Assembly: GCA_963815115.1 (NCBI GenBank)
Contig: CAWFFN010000005.1
Coordinates: 608,001-672,000, forward strand
Direction of reading: 5' to 3'
Length of the DNA: 64,000 bases
Origin: an uncultured delta proteobacterium
GTDB taxonomy: Bacteria; Desulfobacterota; Binatia; DP-6
Shown: positions 49,881-61,109 of the stretch, piece by piece
Layout of the letters: each line of letters begins with the position of its first letter
Position numbering within the stretch: the stretch's first letter is position 1
The notes under the pieces: generated by a model
Seen by the model: only the letters and a program-made list of their open reading frames with translations
The model's database searches: none
Told to the model about the DNA's origin: nothing
Program-made: the position numbers and the translations under genes

Positions 49881-51754
49881 GACAGCACCTCCTGCTCGTC
49901 GTCGCCCGCGAGCAGTCGCAGGCTCCTGGCGGTGAGCTCACTCACCTTGAACGGACGTCCCTGTATCTTCTGATAGCCCACCGCCGGCGTCAGATACTCG
50001 GCCCTGAGTACCCGCACGAGCTGACCCAGGTTGATCTCCGGAACCAGGACGTGCCGCGACCGCGCGAGTCGGTCGCCGAGATCGGCTGGCAGGGGATTCA
50101 GATGGCGCAGGTGGAGATGCGCCGCCCGATGGCCGGCTGCCTGGAGATCGGTCACCGTCTGGCGGATCGCACCGAAGGTGCTTCCCCAGCCGACGACCAG
50201 CAGGTCCGGGTCGGCCGCACCGAACACCTCGGTGGGCGGGATCTCGCGGGTGATGCCGGCGATCTTGCGCGCGCGCAGCCGCACCATCTGCTCGTGGTTG
50301 AGCGGCGCATAGCTGACGTTCCCGGTGACGGCCTCCTTCGCCAGGCCTCCGATGCGGTGCTCGAGGCCGGCGGTGCCGGGCCGTACCCACGGCCTCGACA
50401 GCGTCTCCTGGTCGCGCAGGTAGGGGAAGAACCCCTGCGGGTCGGTGCGGAAGCTGACCGGGATGTCGGGCAGACCGCTCGGGTCGGGGATGAGCCACGG
50501 CTCGGCCCCGTTGGCGAGGTAGCCGTCGCTCAGCACGATCACCGGCGTCATGTACTTGATCGCCAGCCGCACCGCCTCGAAGGCGACGGCGAAGCAGTCT
50601 GCCGGCGTGCAGGGAGCGAGGATGGGGACCGGCGCCTCGCCGTGCCGCCCGTAGAGCGCCATCAGCAGATCGGCCTGTTCGGTCTTGGTCGGCATGCCGG
50701 TCGATGGTCCGGCGCGCTGGATGTCGACGACGATCAGCGGCAGCTCGACGGCGAGCGCGAGTCCGATGGTCTCGGCCTTGAGGTCCATGCCGGGGCCGCT
50801 CGTCGTGGTGATGCCGATCGCGCCGCCGAACGACGCGCCCAGCGCGGCGCCGACGCCGGCGATCTCGTCCTCGGCCTGGAAGGTGTAGACGTTGAACTGC
50901 TTGAGCGCGGCCAGCTCGTGGAGCACGTCGCTGGCCGGGGTGATCGGGTAGCTGCCGAGGAAGAGCGGCAGCTTCGCCTTGTGGCCGGCAGCCACGAGTC
51001 CGAGGGCGGTCGCGGTGTTCCCGGTGACGTTGCGGTACATGCCGGGAGGGATGGCGGCCGGGCGAACCTCGTACGATACGGCGAGCATCTCGGTGGTCTC
51101 GGCGTAGTTCCATCCGGCGCGCAGCGCGCGCCGGTTCGCCTCGACCAGCTTGGGGTTCTTCTTGAACTTGTCCTCGACCCAGGCCTCGGTCGGCTCGATC
51201 GGGCGGTGATAGAGCCAGGAGGTGAGACCGAGACAGAAGAAGTTGCGGCAGCGGAACTCCTCGCGAGCCGAGAGCCCGAGGCCCTTCAACGAACCGGTCG
51301 TGAGCTTCGTGATGTCGACCGGAAAGAGCTGCCAGCGCGCCAGCGAGTCGTCGTCGAGCGGATTGCGCTCGTAGCCGGCCTTGCGCAGGTTGGCGTCGCT
51401 GAAGGCTTCGCGGTCGACGATGAGAACGCCGCCGGGCCGCAGGTCGTCGAGATTCATCTTCAACGCCGCGGGATTCATGGCGACGAGGATGTCGACGTCA
51501 TCGCCCGGCGTGAAGATGCGCTCGGCCGCGAAGTGGAGCTGGAAGGCGCTCACGCCGGCCAGGGTGCCGGCGGGCGCGCGAATCTCGGCGGGGAAGTCGG
51601 GCAGGGTGGCGAGATCGTTTCCAGCCAGTGCCGACTCGGTGGTGAACTGCAGGCCCGTCACCTGCATGCCGTCACCGGAGTCTCCGGCGAAGCGAATGAC
51701 GACGCCCTCGCGGGTTTCCAGGCGCTTCGCCGGGCTCGACGAGCCTTCGGACAT
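49877..51754 (-). CDS. korA: 2-oxoacid:acceptor oxidoreductase alpha subunit
   Basis: RFAGDSGDGMQ, FPAEIRAP, YPITPAS, QAEDEI, QRAGPSTGMPTK. Confidence 0.93.
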   Translation of the reverse strand: MSEGSSSPAKRLETREGVVIRFAGDSGDGMQVTGLQFTTESALAGNDLATLPDFPAEIRAPAGTLAGVSAFQLHFAAERIFTPGDDVDILVAMNPAALKMNLDDLRPGGVLIVDREAFSDANLRKAGYERNPLDDDSLARWQLFPVDITKLTTGSLKGLGLSAREEFRCRNFFCLGLTSWLYHRPIEPTEAWVEDKFKKNPKLVEANRRALRAGWNYAETTEMLAVSYEVRPAAIPPGMYRNVTGNTATALGLVAAGHKAKLPLFLGSYPITPASDVLHELAALKQFNVYTFQAEDEIAGVGAALGASFGGAIGITTTSGPGMDLKAETIGLALAVELPLIVVDIQRAGPSTGMPTKTEQADLLMALYGRHGEAPVPILAPCTPADCFAVAFEAVRLAIKYMTPVIVLSDGYLANGAEPWLIPDPSGLPDIPVSFRTDPQGFFPYLRDQETLSRPWVRPGTAGLEHRIGGLAKEAVTGNVSYAPLNHEQMVRLRARKIAGITREIPPTEVFGAADPDLLVVGWGSTFGAIRQTVTDLQAAGHRAAHLHLRHLNPLPADLGDRLARSRHVLVPEINLGQLVRVLRAEYLTPAVGYQKIQGRPFKVSELTARSLRLLAGDDEQEVLS

Positions 51755-51825
51755 CACCCGTTACCTCCTGCGACCTGTGTACCGCCCGACCGCTCCGCGT
51801 GCAACGCGAGGCCGCGGGCACGCGC

Positions 51826-52431
51826 TCAGAAGTCGAGCTTCGGCTCGCGACCGAGCAGGCGGCAGTGCAGATAGGCGAGAGCCGAGTCCTCGACGATCTC
51901 GGCGCGGTTGTATGCTTCGAGCAGCGACGGGCCGGTGGCGGCGAGGCCGTGGTTCGCGAGCAGCACGATGCGCGTGTCCGGCTTGCGACGGTACACGTCG
52001 ACGACCAGATCGCGCAGGCGCTCGGAACCGGCGTCGGCGTAGGGGACGATCTGGATCTCCTTCAGATGGGCGCGGGCCTGTCCGGTCATGTGGGGCGGCG
52101 TGATGCCGCAGATGCCGAAGGCCATGGTCGCGGTCGAGTGCGTGTGCACGACGCCGTGGACCTCGGGACAGGTGGCGAACACGCCGGCGTGCCAGCGGTA
52201 CTCCTTCGAGGGTTTGAAGTCGAAGCCGCCCACCTGGTTGCCGGCCAGGTCCATCTCGACCACGTTCTCGACCGCGGTGTCGCCGAACGTCACGCCGGTG
52301 GCGGTGCACAGGTAGCGGTCGCTGTCGGGCACGCGCACGCTGATGTTCCCGCCCGAGCCGGAGGTGAGCCAGCGATCGCTGGCCCGATGGCAGATGTCGA
52401 CCAAGTACTTCTTGAGATCGAGGATGCTCAT
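51826..52431 (-). CDS. Class II aldolase/adducin family protein
   Basis: GGNISVR, KPSKE, VVHTHS, LANHG. TTGAGA-N17-GATACT promoter just upstream. Confidence 0.88.
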   Translation of the reverse strand: MSILDLKKYLVDICHRASDRWLTSGSGGNISVRVPDSDRYLCTATGVTFGDTAVENVVEMDLAGNQVGGFDFKPSKEYRWHAGVFATCPEVHGVVHTHSTATMAFGICGITPPHMTGQARAHLKEIQIVPYADAGSERLRDLVVDVYRRKPDTRIVLLANHGLAATGPSLLEAYNRAEIVEDSALAYLHCRLLGREPKLDF

Positions 52432-52707
52432 GCGGGGTCGAGTATCCGAGATCGCGTGCCGGTTCTCAACCACGCATGATGGGAGGGCGGGGCGGTCCAT
52501 TCTTCTGCGGTGGCGAAGACTGCCCGGGATGAAAAGCGGGTCGCATTTTGGTGCCGGTTCGGCGAAGATAGTAGCCCTGACGCCATTCCATTCGGGACAG
52601 ATCTTGACAGATCAAATGCAGTCGGAATAGTTCGCGCTCGGGACACGGTGTGTGCGAGGGGGGCCCGCCCTTCCGCGTCTCGGTTCTCCGCAGAGTCGTC
52701 CACCGTC

Positions 52708-53760
<1,053 letters not shown>

Positions 53761-53782
53761 CGACGCCCCCGGCGCCGCCGGG

Positions 53783-53919
53783 GCGCACCGCGCAGGTGCG
53801 CTCGTGCGCGCCGGTGCCTCCCGACCCCCGCGCCGTTGCTCGCACCGAACCGAAGCGCACCGCCCACGTGCGCTTTCGGCATGCCCTGCGGCGGCCCGGA
53901 GCGCACCTGGCAGGTTCCA
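53783..53919. promoter_or_regulatory. Three GCGCACC-N5-GGTGCGC-like palindromes (putative enhancer/UAS sites)
   Basis: 53783-53801 perfect, 53855-53873 one mismatch, 53901-53919 degenerate right half. Resembles the NtrC-type TGCACC-N5-GGTGCA box. Confidence 0.6.
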
Positions 53920-53980
53920 TTCTAGCTTGCGTCTCGCCGGGCGATCCACCATGCGTGCGGTTTCTCGAAGAATCGCGCCG

Positions 53981-53996
53981 CGGCACGCGAGTTGCT
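53981..53996 (+). promoter_or_regulatory. sigma-54 (-24/-12) promoter of the EPS operon
   Basis: CGGCACG-CGAG-TTGCT with exact GG/GC spacing, 45 nt before GTG 54042. Confidence 0.75.
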
Positions 53997-54041
53997 CGGT
54001 GCGGTGTCCAGAAGTCTCCGGTGGATCCGGGAGAAGCCACC

Positions 54042-54278
54042 GTGAAGTGTCCATGCCTCTACAGCGATGCGGCACCGATCTGTCGAGCCGAAGGTGATGC
54101 CATGCGGATTCCGTCCGCCGAGCAACTCGCGAGCCACTGCCTGACGCCGCACTACCGCCGGTGCGAGGTGTTCCGGCGGTTCCTGATCGCGCTCGCCGAG
54201 CGGCCGGAGCGCTGGCGCTCGGCGGGCGGCGAATACGGCACCGATGTGCAACGACAGCGACGATCGAGAGGAGAATGA
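54042..54278 (+). CDS. Small cysteine-containing (putative metal-binding) protein, 78 aa
   Basis: GTG after GGAGAAG; MKCPCL...C...C...C; stop overlaps the next ATG. Confidence 0.6.
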   Translation: MKCPCLYSDAAPICRAEGDAMRIPSAEQLASHCLTPHYRRCEVFRRFLIALAERPERWRSAGGEYGTDVQRQRRSRGE

Positions 54279-54568
54279 CCATGAACGGTTCGACGATCCG
54301 ATCACGAGTCCTGTGCTTGACGCTGGCGTGCCTGATGTCGGCGGGGCTCGTCCTCGCGTCCAGCGCGCGGGCGGACAGCGGTGGCGACCCGAGCAAGATC
54401 ACCTGCCCGGATGAACAGGTCACGATGGTGGAGAGCAAGACCTGTCCGCCGACGAACCAGCGTCCGGCCGTCGTGGTCCAGCGCGCCTGCTGCACCAAGA
54501 CCAGCCAGAAGGGTACCAAGACGCGCTGCAAGTCCTTCCCGCACTGCCCGCGCAACTCGCCGTCCTGA
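54275..54568 (+). CDS. Small secreted cysteine-rich protein
   Basis: RBS GAGGAG; signal peptide ending ARA-D; six Cys in a mature chain of about 64 aa. Confidence 0.7.
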   Translation: MTMNGSTIRSRVLCLTLACLMSAGLVLASSARADSGGDPSKITCPDEQVTMVESKTCPPTNQRPAVVVQRACCTKTSQKGTKTRCKSFPHCPRNSPS

Positions 54569-54584
54569 GCCAGCGACTTCGGCC

Positions 54585-55709
54585 ATGACCTCGAAACTCA
54601 GCTCGCCCCGCGCGTGCGCGTGGGGGTCTACCCTCGCGCTGGCGGCGGTGCTCGTCGCGGGATGCAGCGCGACCAGCGTGCGCACGGACCTCGATCTCGG
54701 TCGGCCGCACGACGCCGCCGGGAGCATCGGGGACCTGATGAGCACACAGGATCACCAGGCCCTGGGAAGCCTTGCCGCGGTGCGCGCCCGGGAGGGCCGT
54801 GACGGCTATCGCATCGGCGCGGACGACCTGCTCGACATTCGCATCCCGAAGCTACTGAACGCCCAGGCCGACCCGACCCGGGCGGCCAACAGCGGCGCGG
54901 CGATCCCGACGGTCGCCGAGGCGCCCGTGTTCCAGCAGGGCGTGCGCGTGGCAGCCGATGGCGAGGTGACGCTCCCGCTGATCGGCAGCGTGCACGCGGC
55001 GGGACGGACCCCGAGCGAGCTGGAGGCCGAGATCGCCCGGCGGCTGGTCGCGGCGGGCATCCTCTTGCGCCCGAACGTCAGCGTGCAGATCGCCGAGCAC
55101 CGCAGCAGCGTCGTGGCCGTGGTGGGCAGCGTGGAACGGCCTGGCCTCTATCCCCTCACCCGTCCGGGCGCGACCATCGCCGACTTCATCTGGGCGGCGG
55201 GCGGCCCGAACAAGGATGCCGGACGGCTCGTCGAGTTCACGCCGGCGAGCGGGCGGGACGCCCATGGCGCGCCGATTCGCATCGACCTCGACGTGCTGAC
55301 GAAGGATCGCACCGCCGCGCCGAGCGCACTCAACCCCGTCGCGCTCGCCGGCGACGTCCTCACCGTCGCCCCGGCCGGCAGCGTGCAGATCGACGGCTGG
55401 GTCGACAAGCCCGGCTCGTACCCGGTGACGCGCGGGCTCACCCTGACCGGCGCGGTGGCAGCCGCCGGCGGCCAGCTCTTCCCGGCCGACCGCCAGCACG
55501 TCACGGTGAAGCGGGTGCTCGCGGCGGGCGACCAGCAGTACTTCACCGTCGACCTCGACGCCGTGGCGTCGGGTCGCGAGCCCGACTTCCCCATCACCGA
55601 CGGCGACGTGGTGCACCTGCCGGTGTCGCCACAGCGCGCCGTGCCGTGGGGGGTCTACGAGGCAACCAAGGAAATGATCCACGTCGGCGCCAGCATCCCG
55701 ATCTTCTGA
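54585..55709 (+). CDS. wza: Polysaccharide export outer-membrane lipoprotein (Wza/SLBB)
   Basis: Lipobox VAGC; YRIGADDLL, DGEVTLPLIG, V.G.V..PG.Y SLBB repeats. Confidence 0.85.
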   Translation: MTSKLSSPRACAWGSTLALAAVLVAGCSATSVRTDLDLGRPHDAAGSIGDLMSTQDHQALGSLAAVRAREGRDGYRIGADDLLDIRIPKLLNAQADPTRAANSGAAIPTVAEAPVFQQGVRVAADGEVTLPLIGSVHAAGRTPSELEAEIARRLVAAGILLRPNVSVQIAEHRSSVVAVVGSVERPGLYPLTRPGATIADFIWAAGGPNKDAGRLVEFTPASGRDAHGAPIRIDLDVLTKDRTAAPSALNPVALAGDVLTVAPAGSVQIDGWVDKPGSYPVTRGLTLTGAVAAAGGQLFPADRQHVTVKRVLAAGDQQYFTVDLDAVASGREPDFPITDGDVVHLPVSPQRAVPWGVYEATKEMIHVGASIPIF

Positions 55710-55711
55710 CC

Positions 55712-58057
55712 ATGAGCCCGCACGTTCCCTCGACCGACGTCGCCCCGACCCTCGCGGGCGTGCCCGCCGCGGCGGCTCCTGCCGGCTACCCCGGCTATAT
55801 CGAGGCTGAGGTGGTCGACGTTCGCGGCCGCCACCTGCGGGAGTACCTCTGGATCCTCTACAAGTATCGCTGGCTCGCGGCGACCTGCTTCGGCGCCGTC
55901 TTCGGCCTGACCTGCCTCGGCACGCTGCTCTCGTCACGCATGTATACCGCCACCACCCAGGTGCAGGTCTCGCGGGACTCACCCATCCAGCTCCAGCTCG
56001 ACCAGAACGTGCTGCGCAATGACGACAGCGACCGGACGGTGAACGGCAGCTCCAGCTTCCTCGCCACGCAGGTACAGGCCCTCAAGAGCCGCGACCTCGC
56101 CGAGCGCGTCATCCGGCAGCATCGGCTGGCCACGAGCGACGCGTTCATGCGTCCCAGCGCCGGCCGGCAGGGACTGGGGGGCGTCGGGGGCGGACTGCTC
56201 GCCCTCCTCCGGCCGCGTGGCTTCAGCGAGCCCGGCGCCGCGGCGCAGGCCGACGATACCTCCAGCACGGCCGACGTGCCGCCCGAGCTGCTCGACCGAT
56301 ACACGCGATGGCTGACGGTGAACGACGTCCGCGGCACCGACCTGGTCGAGGTGAGCTTCAGCACCCCGAGCCCCTCGCTGTCGGCGTTCCTGGCTGCGGC
56401 TCACACCCAGGCCTACCTCGACACCAACGACGAGGCGCGGCGCGCCACCGACGTCACCGCGAAGGATTTCCTCGGCCAGCAGATGCGCGAGGCGCGCGAG
56501 CGCGTCGAGCGGGCGCAGGAGTCGCTCCGGCGCTTCGCGGCGGAGCATCCCGACATCGCCGTGAGCGAGGAGGACAAGACCCAGTCGCAGCGGATGCAGG
56601 ACGTGTCCGGACTGCTCACCAAGGCGGAGACGGACCGCATCAGGCTCGAGACCCGCTTCAAGTTCCTCTCCGGGGGCGATCGCGACGCCCTGGCGTACTT
56701 CCTCGACAAGCCCGACGTGCAGAAGCTGTATCTCGAGCTGATGGACCTGCAGGCCCAGCAGGCGGCCATGAGCAACGACCTGGGACCGAAGCATCCCGAC
56801 ATGGCCGCACTGCTGCGGCAGAAGGCGATCGTGGAGGAGCAGCTGGACGCCGCCGTGGCGAAGCAGACGCGCGGGGTGCGCGAGCACCTCGCCGCGTCGA
56901 TGCAGCGCGAGTCCGCGCTCAGGCAGAAGCTCACGGATCTCGAGACCCAGGGAGTCGCCGTGCGCGACCTGGGCGCGCGCTACGAGTTCCTGAAGAACGA
57001 CGTGGACACCGCCCGTCAGCTCCATGCCTCGCTGCTCAAGCAGCAGCTCGAGACCCAGGTGAACTCGCAGCTCGCGCCGTCGAACGTGCGCGTGCTCGAG
57101 CGTGCCGAGGTGCCGACGCGGCCGAGCAAGCCGAACGTGCCGCTCAACCTGGCGCTCGGCCTGCTCGGCGGCGTCGTGGTGGCGGTCGGCGCGGCTTTCG
57201 CCTCGGAGTACTTCGACAGCAGCGTGAAGAGCACGGAGGAGGCGGAGGAGCTGCTCCACCTCCCCATCCTGGCGACCATCCCGAACTTCGCGCTCGCGCA
57301 ACGCTCCGCCTACGGACACGCGCTCACCAACGGCACGCGGGCGGGGCCGACGGGGAGCGAGCGCCTGGTGGTGACGCACGAGCCGCGCTCGGTGGTGGCG
57401 GAGGCGTTCCGGACACTCCGCACGGCGGTGCTGTTCTCCACCCCGAACGCCGCGCCGAAGCTCATCCTGGTGACCAGCGCGACCGCCAGCGAGGGCAAGA
57501 CGGTCAACTGCCTGAACCTCGCCGCGACGCTCGCCGAGTCGGGCTCGCGCGTCCTCCTGGTCGACGTCGACCTGCGCCATCCGAGCTGCCACCGTGCGTT
57601 CGGGCTCGAGAACACCACCGGCCTGTCGAACTTCCTCGCCGGCCACATCGGACTGGACGAGCTCGTCCATCGCCTGGAGGAGCCGCGGCTGTGGTTCATC
57701 CCCGCCGGCCCGACGCCGCCGAACCCCGCCGAGCTCGTGGGCTCGACCCGGATGCAGGAGGTCGTCGAGCTGGCGCGCGACGAGTTCGACTTCGTCATCC
57801 TCGACTCGCCGCCGGTGACGCCGGTGAGCGATGCGCTCGTGCTGGCGCGCTCGAGCGACGGCGTGGTGCTGGTGGTGAAGGGCCAGGACACGCCGAAGGA
57901 CGTGGTGCGGCGCGCCCGTGACCAGCTGTCGCTCACCGGCGCTCACCTCCTCGGCACGGTGATGAACAACGTCGGCCTCGCGTGGGGCGATTTCCGCTTC
58001 TACCAGCGCTACTACGGCTACTATCACCGGCCGCAGCTCCAGGAGGAGCCGGTATGA
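55712..58057 (+). CDS. wzc: Polysaccharide co-polymerase / tyrosine autokinase
   Basis: Two TM helices around a coiled coil; EAFRTLRT, SEGKT, DVDLRHP, ILDSPP; Tyr-rich tail YQRYYGYY. Confidence 0.92.
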   Translation: MSPHVPSTDVAPTLAGVPAAAAPAGYPGYIEAEVVDVRGRHLREYLWILYKYRWLAATCFGAVFGLTCLGTLLSSRMYTATTQVQVSRDSPIQLQLDQNVLRNDDSDRTVNGSSSFLATQVQALKSRDLAERVIRQHRLATSDAFMRPSAGRQGLGGVGGGLLALLRPRGFSEPGAAAQADDTSSTADVPPELLDRYTRWLTVNDVRGTDLVEVSFSTPSPSLSAFLAAAHTQAYLDTNDEARRATDVTAKDFLGQQMREARERVERAQESLRRFAAEHPDIAVSEEDKTQSQRMQDVSGLLTKAETDRIRLETRFKFLSGGDRDALAYFLDKPDVQKLYLELMDLQAQQAAMSNDLGPKHPDMAALLRQKAIVEEQLDAAVAKQTRGVREHLAASMQRESALRQKLTDLETQGVAVRDLGARYEFLKNDVDTARQLHASLLKQQLETQVNSQLAPSNVRVLERAEVPTRPSKPNVPLNLALGLLGGVVVAVGAAFASEYFDSSVKSTEEAEELLHLPILATIPNFALAQRSAYGHALTNGTRAGPTGSERLVVTHEPRSVVAEAFRTLRTAVLFSTPNAAPKLILVTSATASEGKTVNCLNLAATLAESGSRVLLVDVDLRHPSCHRAFGLENTTGLSNFLAGHIGLDELVHRLEEPRLWFIPAGPTPPNPAELVGSTRMQEVVELARDEFDFVILDSPPVTPVSDALVLARSSDGVVLVVKGQDTPKDVVRRARDQLSLTGAHLLGTVMNNVGLAWGDFRFYQRYYGYYHRPQLQEEPV

Positions 58058-60579
58058 CGCGCCAGGCGCGCGGCGTGCTCTGGACGCTCCAGGCGACCAT
58101 CGTCGCCCTCCCGCTGTTTCTCGGCGGCCGGCAGGCCCTGGGCCTGGTGACGGCGTGGCTGGCGATCGCGGTCCTGCTCGTGCTCACCTTGTGGGCGCGC
58201 CGGCAGGCGGGACGGCCCGCCGCACCGGGCGCAGCCGTGCTCGCTGCGTTCGTGGCCCTCGGGCTGCTCACGGCGCTGCCGCTGCCCCCGGAACTGCTCG
58301 AGCGGCTCGCGCCCGCGACGGCGCAGCTCTACCGCGACGTCCTGCCGGGGTGGCCGGGAAGCGGAGGGTGGTCCGTCTGGCGCTCGCTGGCGCTCGATTC
58401 CTATGCGGTGTGCACGACGCTGAGCACGCTGGCCATCGGCTTCGGTGCCTACCTGGTCCTGGCGGGATACCCGTGGGGTGACGAGAAGGCGCGAGCGCAG
58501 GCCTTCGGGCGCGTCTTCCTCACCGTGCTCGGAGGCGGAATTGCGCTGGCGTTGCTGGCGCTCTTGCAGGAGGTCGCGGGCAACGGGCGCGTGCTCTGGA
58601 TCAGCGACGAGCAGGTCACGGGCAGTCGCGTGTCGGGGCCCTTCGTCAACCCCAACCACCTGGCGTGCTGGCTCGAGATGGTCATCCCGGCGGGTGCTGC
58701 CTATGCCTGGTCGCTCGGCGGACTCCTGCGGGGACGCATCGTCAAGTCGGTGGAGTCCGGACAGCGCCTCGGTCTGCGCGCGCGGCGGGCGTGGGTGGGG
58801 GCCCTCATCGCGAACCAGCGCCGCCTGGCGATCCCCTTTCTCGCCGTGGCCGGGGTGGCCCTCATGGCGACGGCGCACCTGGGTACGCAGTCGCGCGGCG
58901 GCATGGCCGCGCTGCTGGTCGGGCTCGGGGTGACCCTCGGCGGCCTGCTCGCCACCGCCTCGCGACGCCGGCACGGGCACGCGCCGCGCTGGATCGCCGC
59001 CGCAGCGGTCCTGGCGTTCGTCGGAGCCGGCGCGCTGGCGCTCGGGCTGTGGGCGCGGGCGGACGGCCAGGAGATCGCGGGCGTGGACCAGGTGGACGTG
59101 AGCTTCGCGAGCCGTCTCGCGGTGGGACTCCAGGGCACCGGGATCGTCCGAGACCATCCGGTCTTCGGAACTGGCCTCGGCTCGTGGCTGCACGCCTTCC
59201 GCGGCTACGTGTCGCCGCCGGTCGAGGGCGGCATCTGGGATCACGCCCACGACGAGTACCTCGAGCTGGCGGCGGAGACCGGGATACTCGGCGTGGCGCT
59301 GGCGGCGTGCTTCGCGGTCGCGGTCGTGTATGCGCTGCGGCGCGCTCGCCGGCGTGTCGCCATGGCGGACGCCCGGCGCGAGCGGCGCGGTCGGGCACTC
59401 TCCGACCCGCCGGAATGGCGGACGGCGCTCGGCGACCACCGGACCCTCGCCTGGGGGCTCGCGGGCGGCGTCGCGGCCGTTCTGGTCCACAGCCTCGTCG
59501 AGTTCGGGCTGCACATGCCCGGGAACTTCGTGCTCCTGATGACGGCGGTCGCATTGCTCGTGATGGCGCTGCCGGTCCGCGAGTCCCGCACCTCGTTCGG
59601 GCTCGCGGCGTTCGTGGCGCTCGGACTCGTGGCCGCCGCGCCCATCGCCTGGAACACGATCCTCGGCCTGGCGGGACGCTCGCCGCTGTCGCCCGACGAC
59701 GCGCTCGCCGCCGCAGACCGCGCCTTCTCGGAGGACCAGGACGCCCCGCGTGCGCAGGCGCTCGCGCGGTCCGCGATCGACCATTCGCCGGCCTACCGCG
59801 ATGCGCACGAGATGCTGGCGAACGTGCTCGGCCCCGGTCCCGAGGGCGAGGATGCGCTGCGCCGCGCGCTCCGGCTCGAGCCCTGGTATGCGCCGGGACG
59901 CGACGACCTGGCATTGCGCCTCTGGCGCCGCGGCGAGCAAGCGGCCGCGCTCGCCGCGCTCGAGGACTCGTTCTACCGGCTTCCGTGTCTCGTCTCGCAC
60001 GCGTTCCTCGGGCCCGAGACGGAGCTGACGCCCGCTCAGGGGCCGTACGTGGTGCGCGCGCTCGCCGACGGCGACGTCCTGGGCGTGCGGCTGGCGATTC
60101 TCGAGCCGCCGCTGTCGGGCGCCATCGAGCGCGGGCTCGCCCGCGCGCTCGAGGAGCGGCCGGCGGGTGGGGACCGCGCCGCGATCATCGCCGATCGCGT
60201 CGCGCTGCTCGAGGCGGGCCAGCGCTGGGGCGAGGCCGCGGAAACGCTGCGCGCCGAGGCGCGCCGTGACGAGCGCGACGACGAGTCGCTCGGCCACGCG
60301 GCACGAAACTATCTCAAGGCCAATGACCCCACTCGCGCGGAGGAAGCGCTGCTGGCTGGACTCCTGCGCAACCCCGAGCGGGGCAGCCTCTACCAGCGCC
60401 TTGCCGTGGACATCTACACGCCGCGTGGCGACTTCGCGCTCGCCGAGAAGGTGCTCGAAGCGGGCGAGCGCAACGCGGTGGACATGCTGCCCATCTACGC
60501 CGCGTCGGCGGACGTGATCTCCAAGCGCGAGCAGGCGTGGACCGAGCACACGGCGCTGGGGCCGGAGGCCCGGCCGTGA
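58054..60579 (+). CDS. O-antigen ligase/polymerase family protein with C-terminal TPR-like region
   Basis: GPFVNPNH, SRGG, P.FGTGLG, HAHDEYLE..AETG. Confidence 0.85.
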   Translation: MTRQARGVLWTLQATIVALPLFLGGRQALGLVTAWLAIAVLLVLTLWARRQAGRPAAPGAAVLAAFVALGLLTALPLPPELLERLAPATAQLYRDVLPGWPGSGGWSVWRSLALDSYAVCTTLSTLAIGFGAYLVLAGYPWGDEKARAQAFGRVFLTVLGGGIALALLALLQEVAGNGRVLWISDEQVTGSRVSGPFVNPNHLACWLEMVIPAGAAYAWSLGGLLRGRIVKSVESGQRLGLRARRAWVGALIANQRRLAIPFLAVAGVALMATAHLGTQSRGGMAALLVGLGVTLGGLLATASRRRHGHAPRWIAAAAVLAFVGAGALALGLWARADGQEIAGVDQVDVSFASRLAVGLQGTGIVRDHPVFGTGLGSWLHAFRGYVSPPVEGGIWDHAHDEYLELAAETGILGVALAACFAVAVVYALRRARRRVAMADARRERRGRALSDPPEWRTALGDHRTLAWGLAGGVAAVLVHSLVEFGLHMPGNFVLLMTAVALLVMALPVRESRTSFGLAAFVALGLVAAAPIAWNTILGLAGRSPLSPDDALAAADRAFSEDQDAPRAQALARSAIDHSPAYRDAHEMLANVLGPGPEGEDALRRALRLEPWYAPGRDDLALRLWRRGEQAAALAALEDSFYRLPCLVSHAFLGPETELTPAQGPYVVRALADGDVLGVRLAILEPPLSGAIERGLARALEERPAGGDRAAIIADRVALLEAGQRWGEAAETLRAEARRDERDDESLGHAARNYLKANDPTRAEEALLAGLLRNPERGSLYQRLAVDIYTPRGDFALAEKVLEAGERNAVDMLPIYAASADVISKREQAWTEHTALGPEARP

Positions 60580-61109
60580 GCAGCGCGGCGCTGGCGGCGA
60601 CCGCAGCCCCGGAAGCGTGGTTCGCGGTCTGGACGCGCAACCAGTACGAGCCCCGCGTCTCCGATCGGCTGCGGAGCAAGCGCTTCGAGGTGTTTCTCCC
60701 GTGCGTGCGGGTGCCGAGCCGGCGCCGCGACCGGCGCATCGTGCTCGACCAGCCGCTGTTCCCCGGCTACCTCTTCCTGCGCTTCGCGCCGTCGCGTGCC
60801 GGCTACGTCAGCGTCGTCAGCACCGAGGGCGTGGTGCGGGTGCTGGGCGACTGCTGGGAGACGCTGCAGCCGGTGCCCGACGACCAGGTGGAGGCGGTGC
60901 GCCGCCTGGTGACGTCGGCGGAGGAGGCGCGCGCCGTGCCGTGGATCCGCGTCGGCGATCGCGTGCGGATCGCCCGCGGCCCCTTGGCCGGACTCGAAGG
61001 GTGCGTGCGCGACCGCTGCCGCGGTCGTGCCACCTTCGTCGTGAACGTGGATCTGCTCCGGCGCAGCGTCGGCGTGGAGCTCGAAGCGGCGCTCCTCGAG
61101 CGCTGCTGA
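60576..61109 (+). CDS. NusG/RfaH paralog (UpxY-like transcription antiterminator)
   Basis: WFAVWTR..YE, VFLP, PLFPGYLF, KOW GDRVRIARGPLAGLEG. Confidence 0.9.
   Translation: MSSAALAATAAPEAWFAVWTRNQYEPRVSDRLRSKRFEVFLPCVRVPSRRRDRRIVLDQPLFPGYLFLRFAPSRAGYVSVVSTEGVVRVLGDCWETLQPVPDDQVEAVRRLVTSAEEARAVPWIRVGDRVRIARGPLAGLEGCVRDRCRGRATFVVNVDLLRRSVGVELEAALLERC

Noticed and set aside
53907-53930. CTGGCAGG...TTGC as a second sigma-54 promoter
   Set aside because: GG-to-GC spacing is wrong. The correctly spaced site is at 53981-53996.
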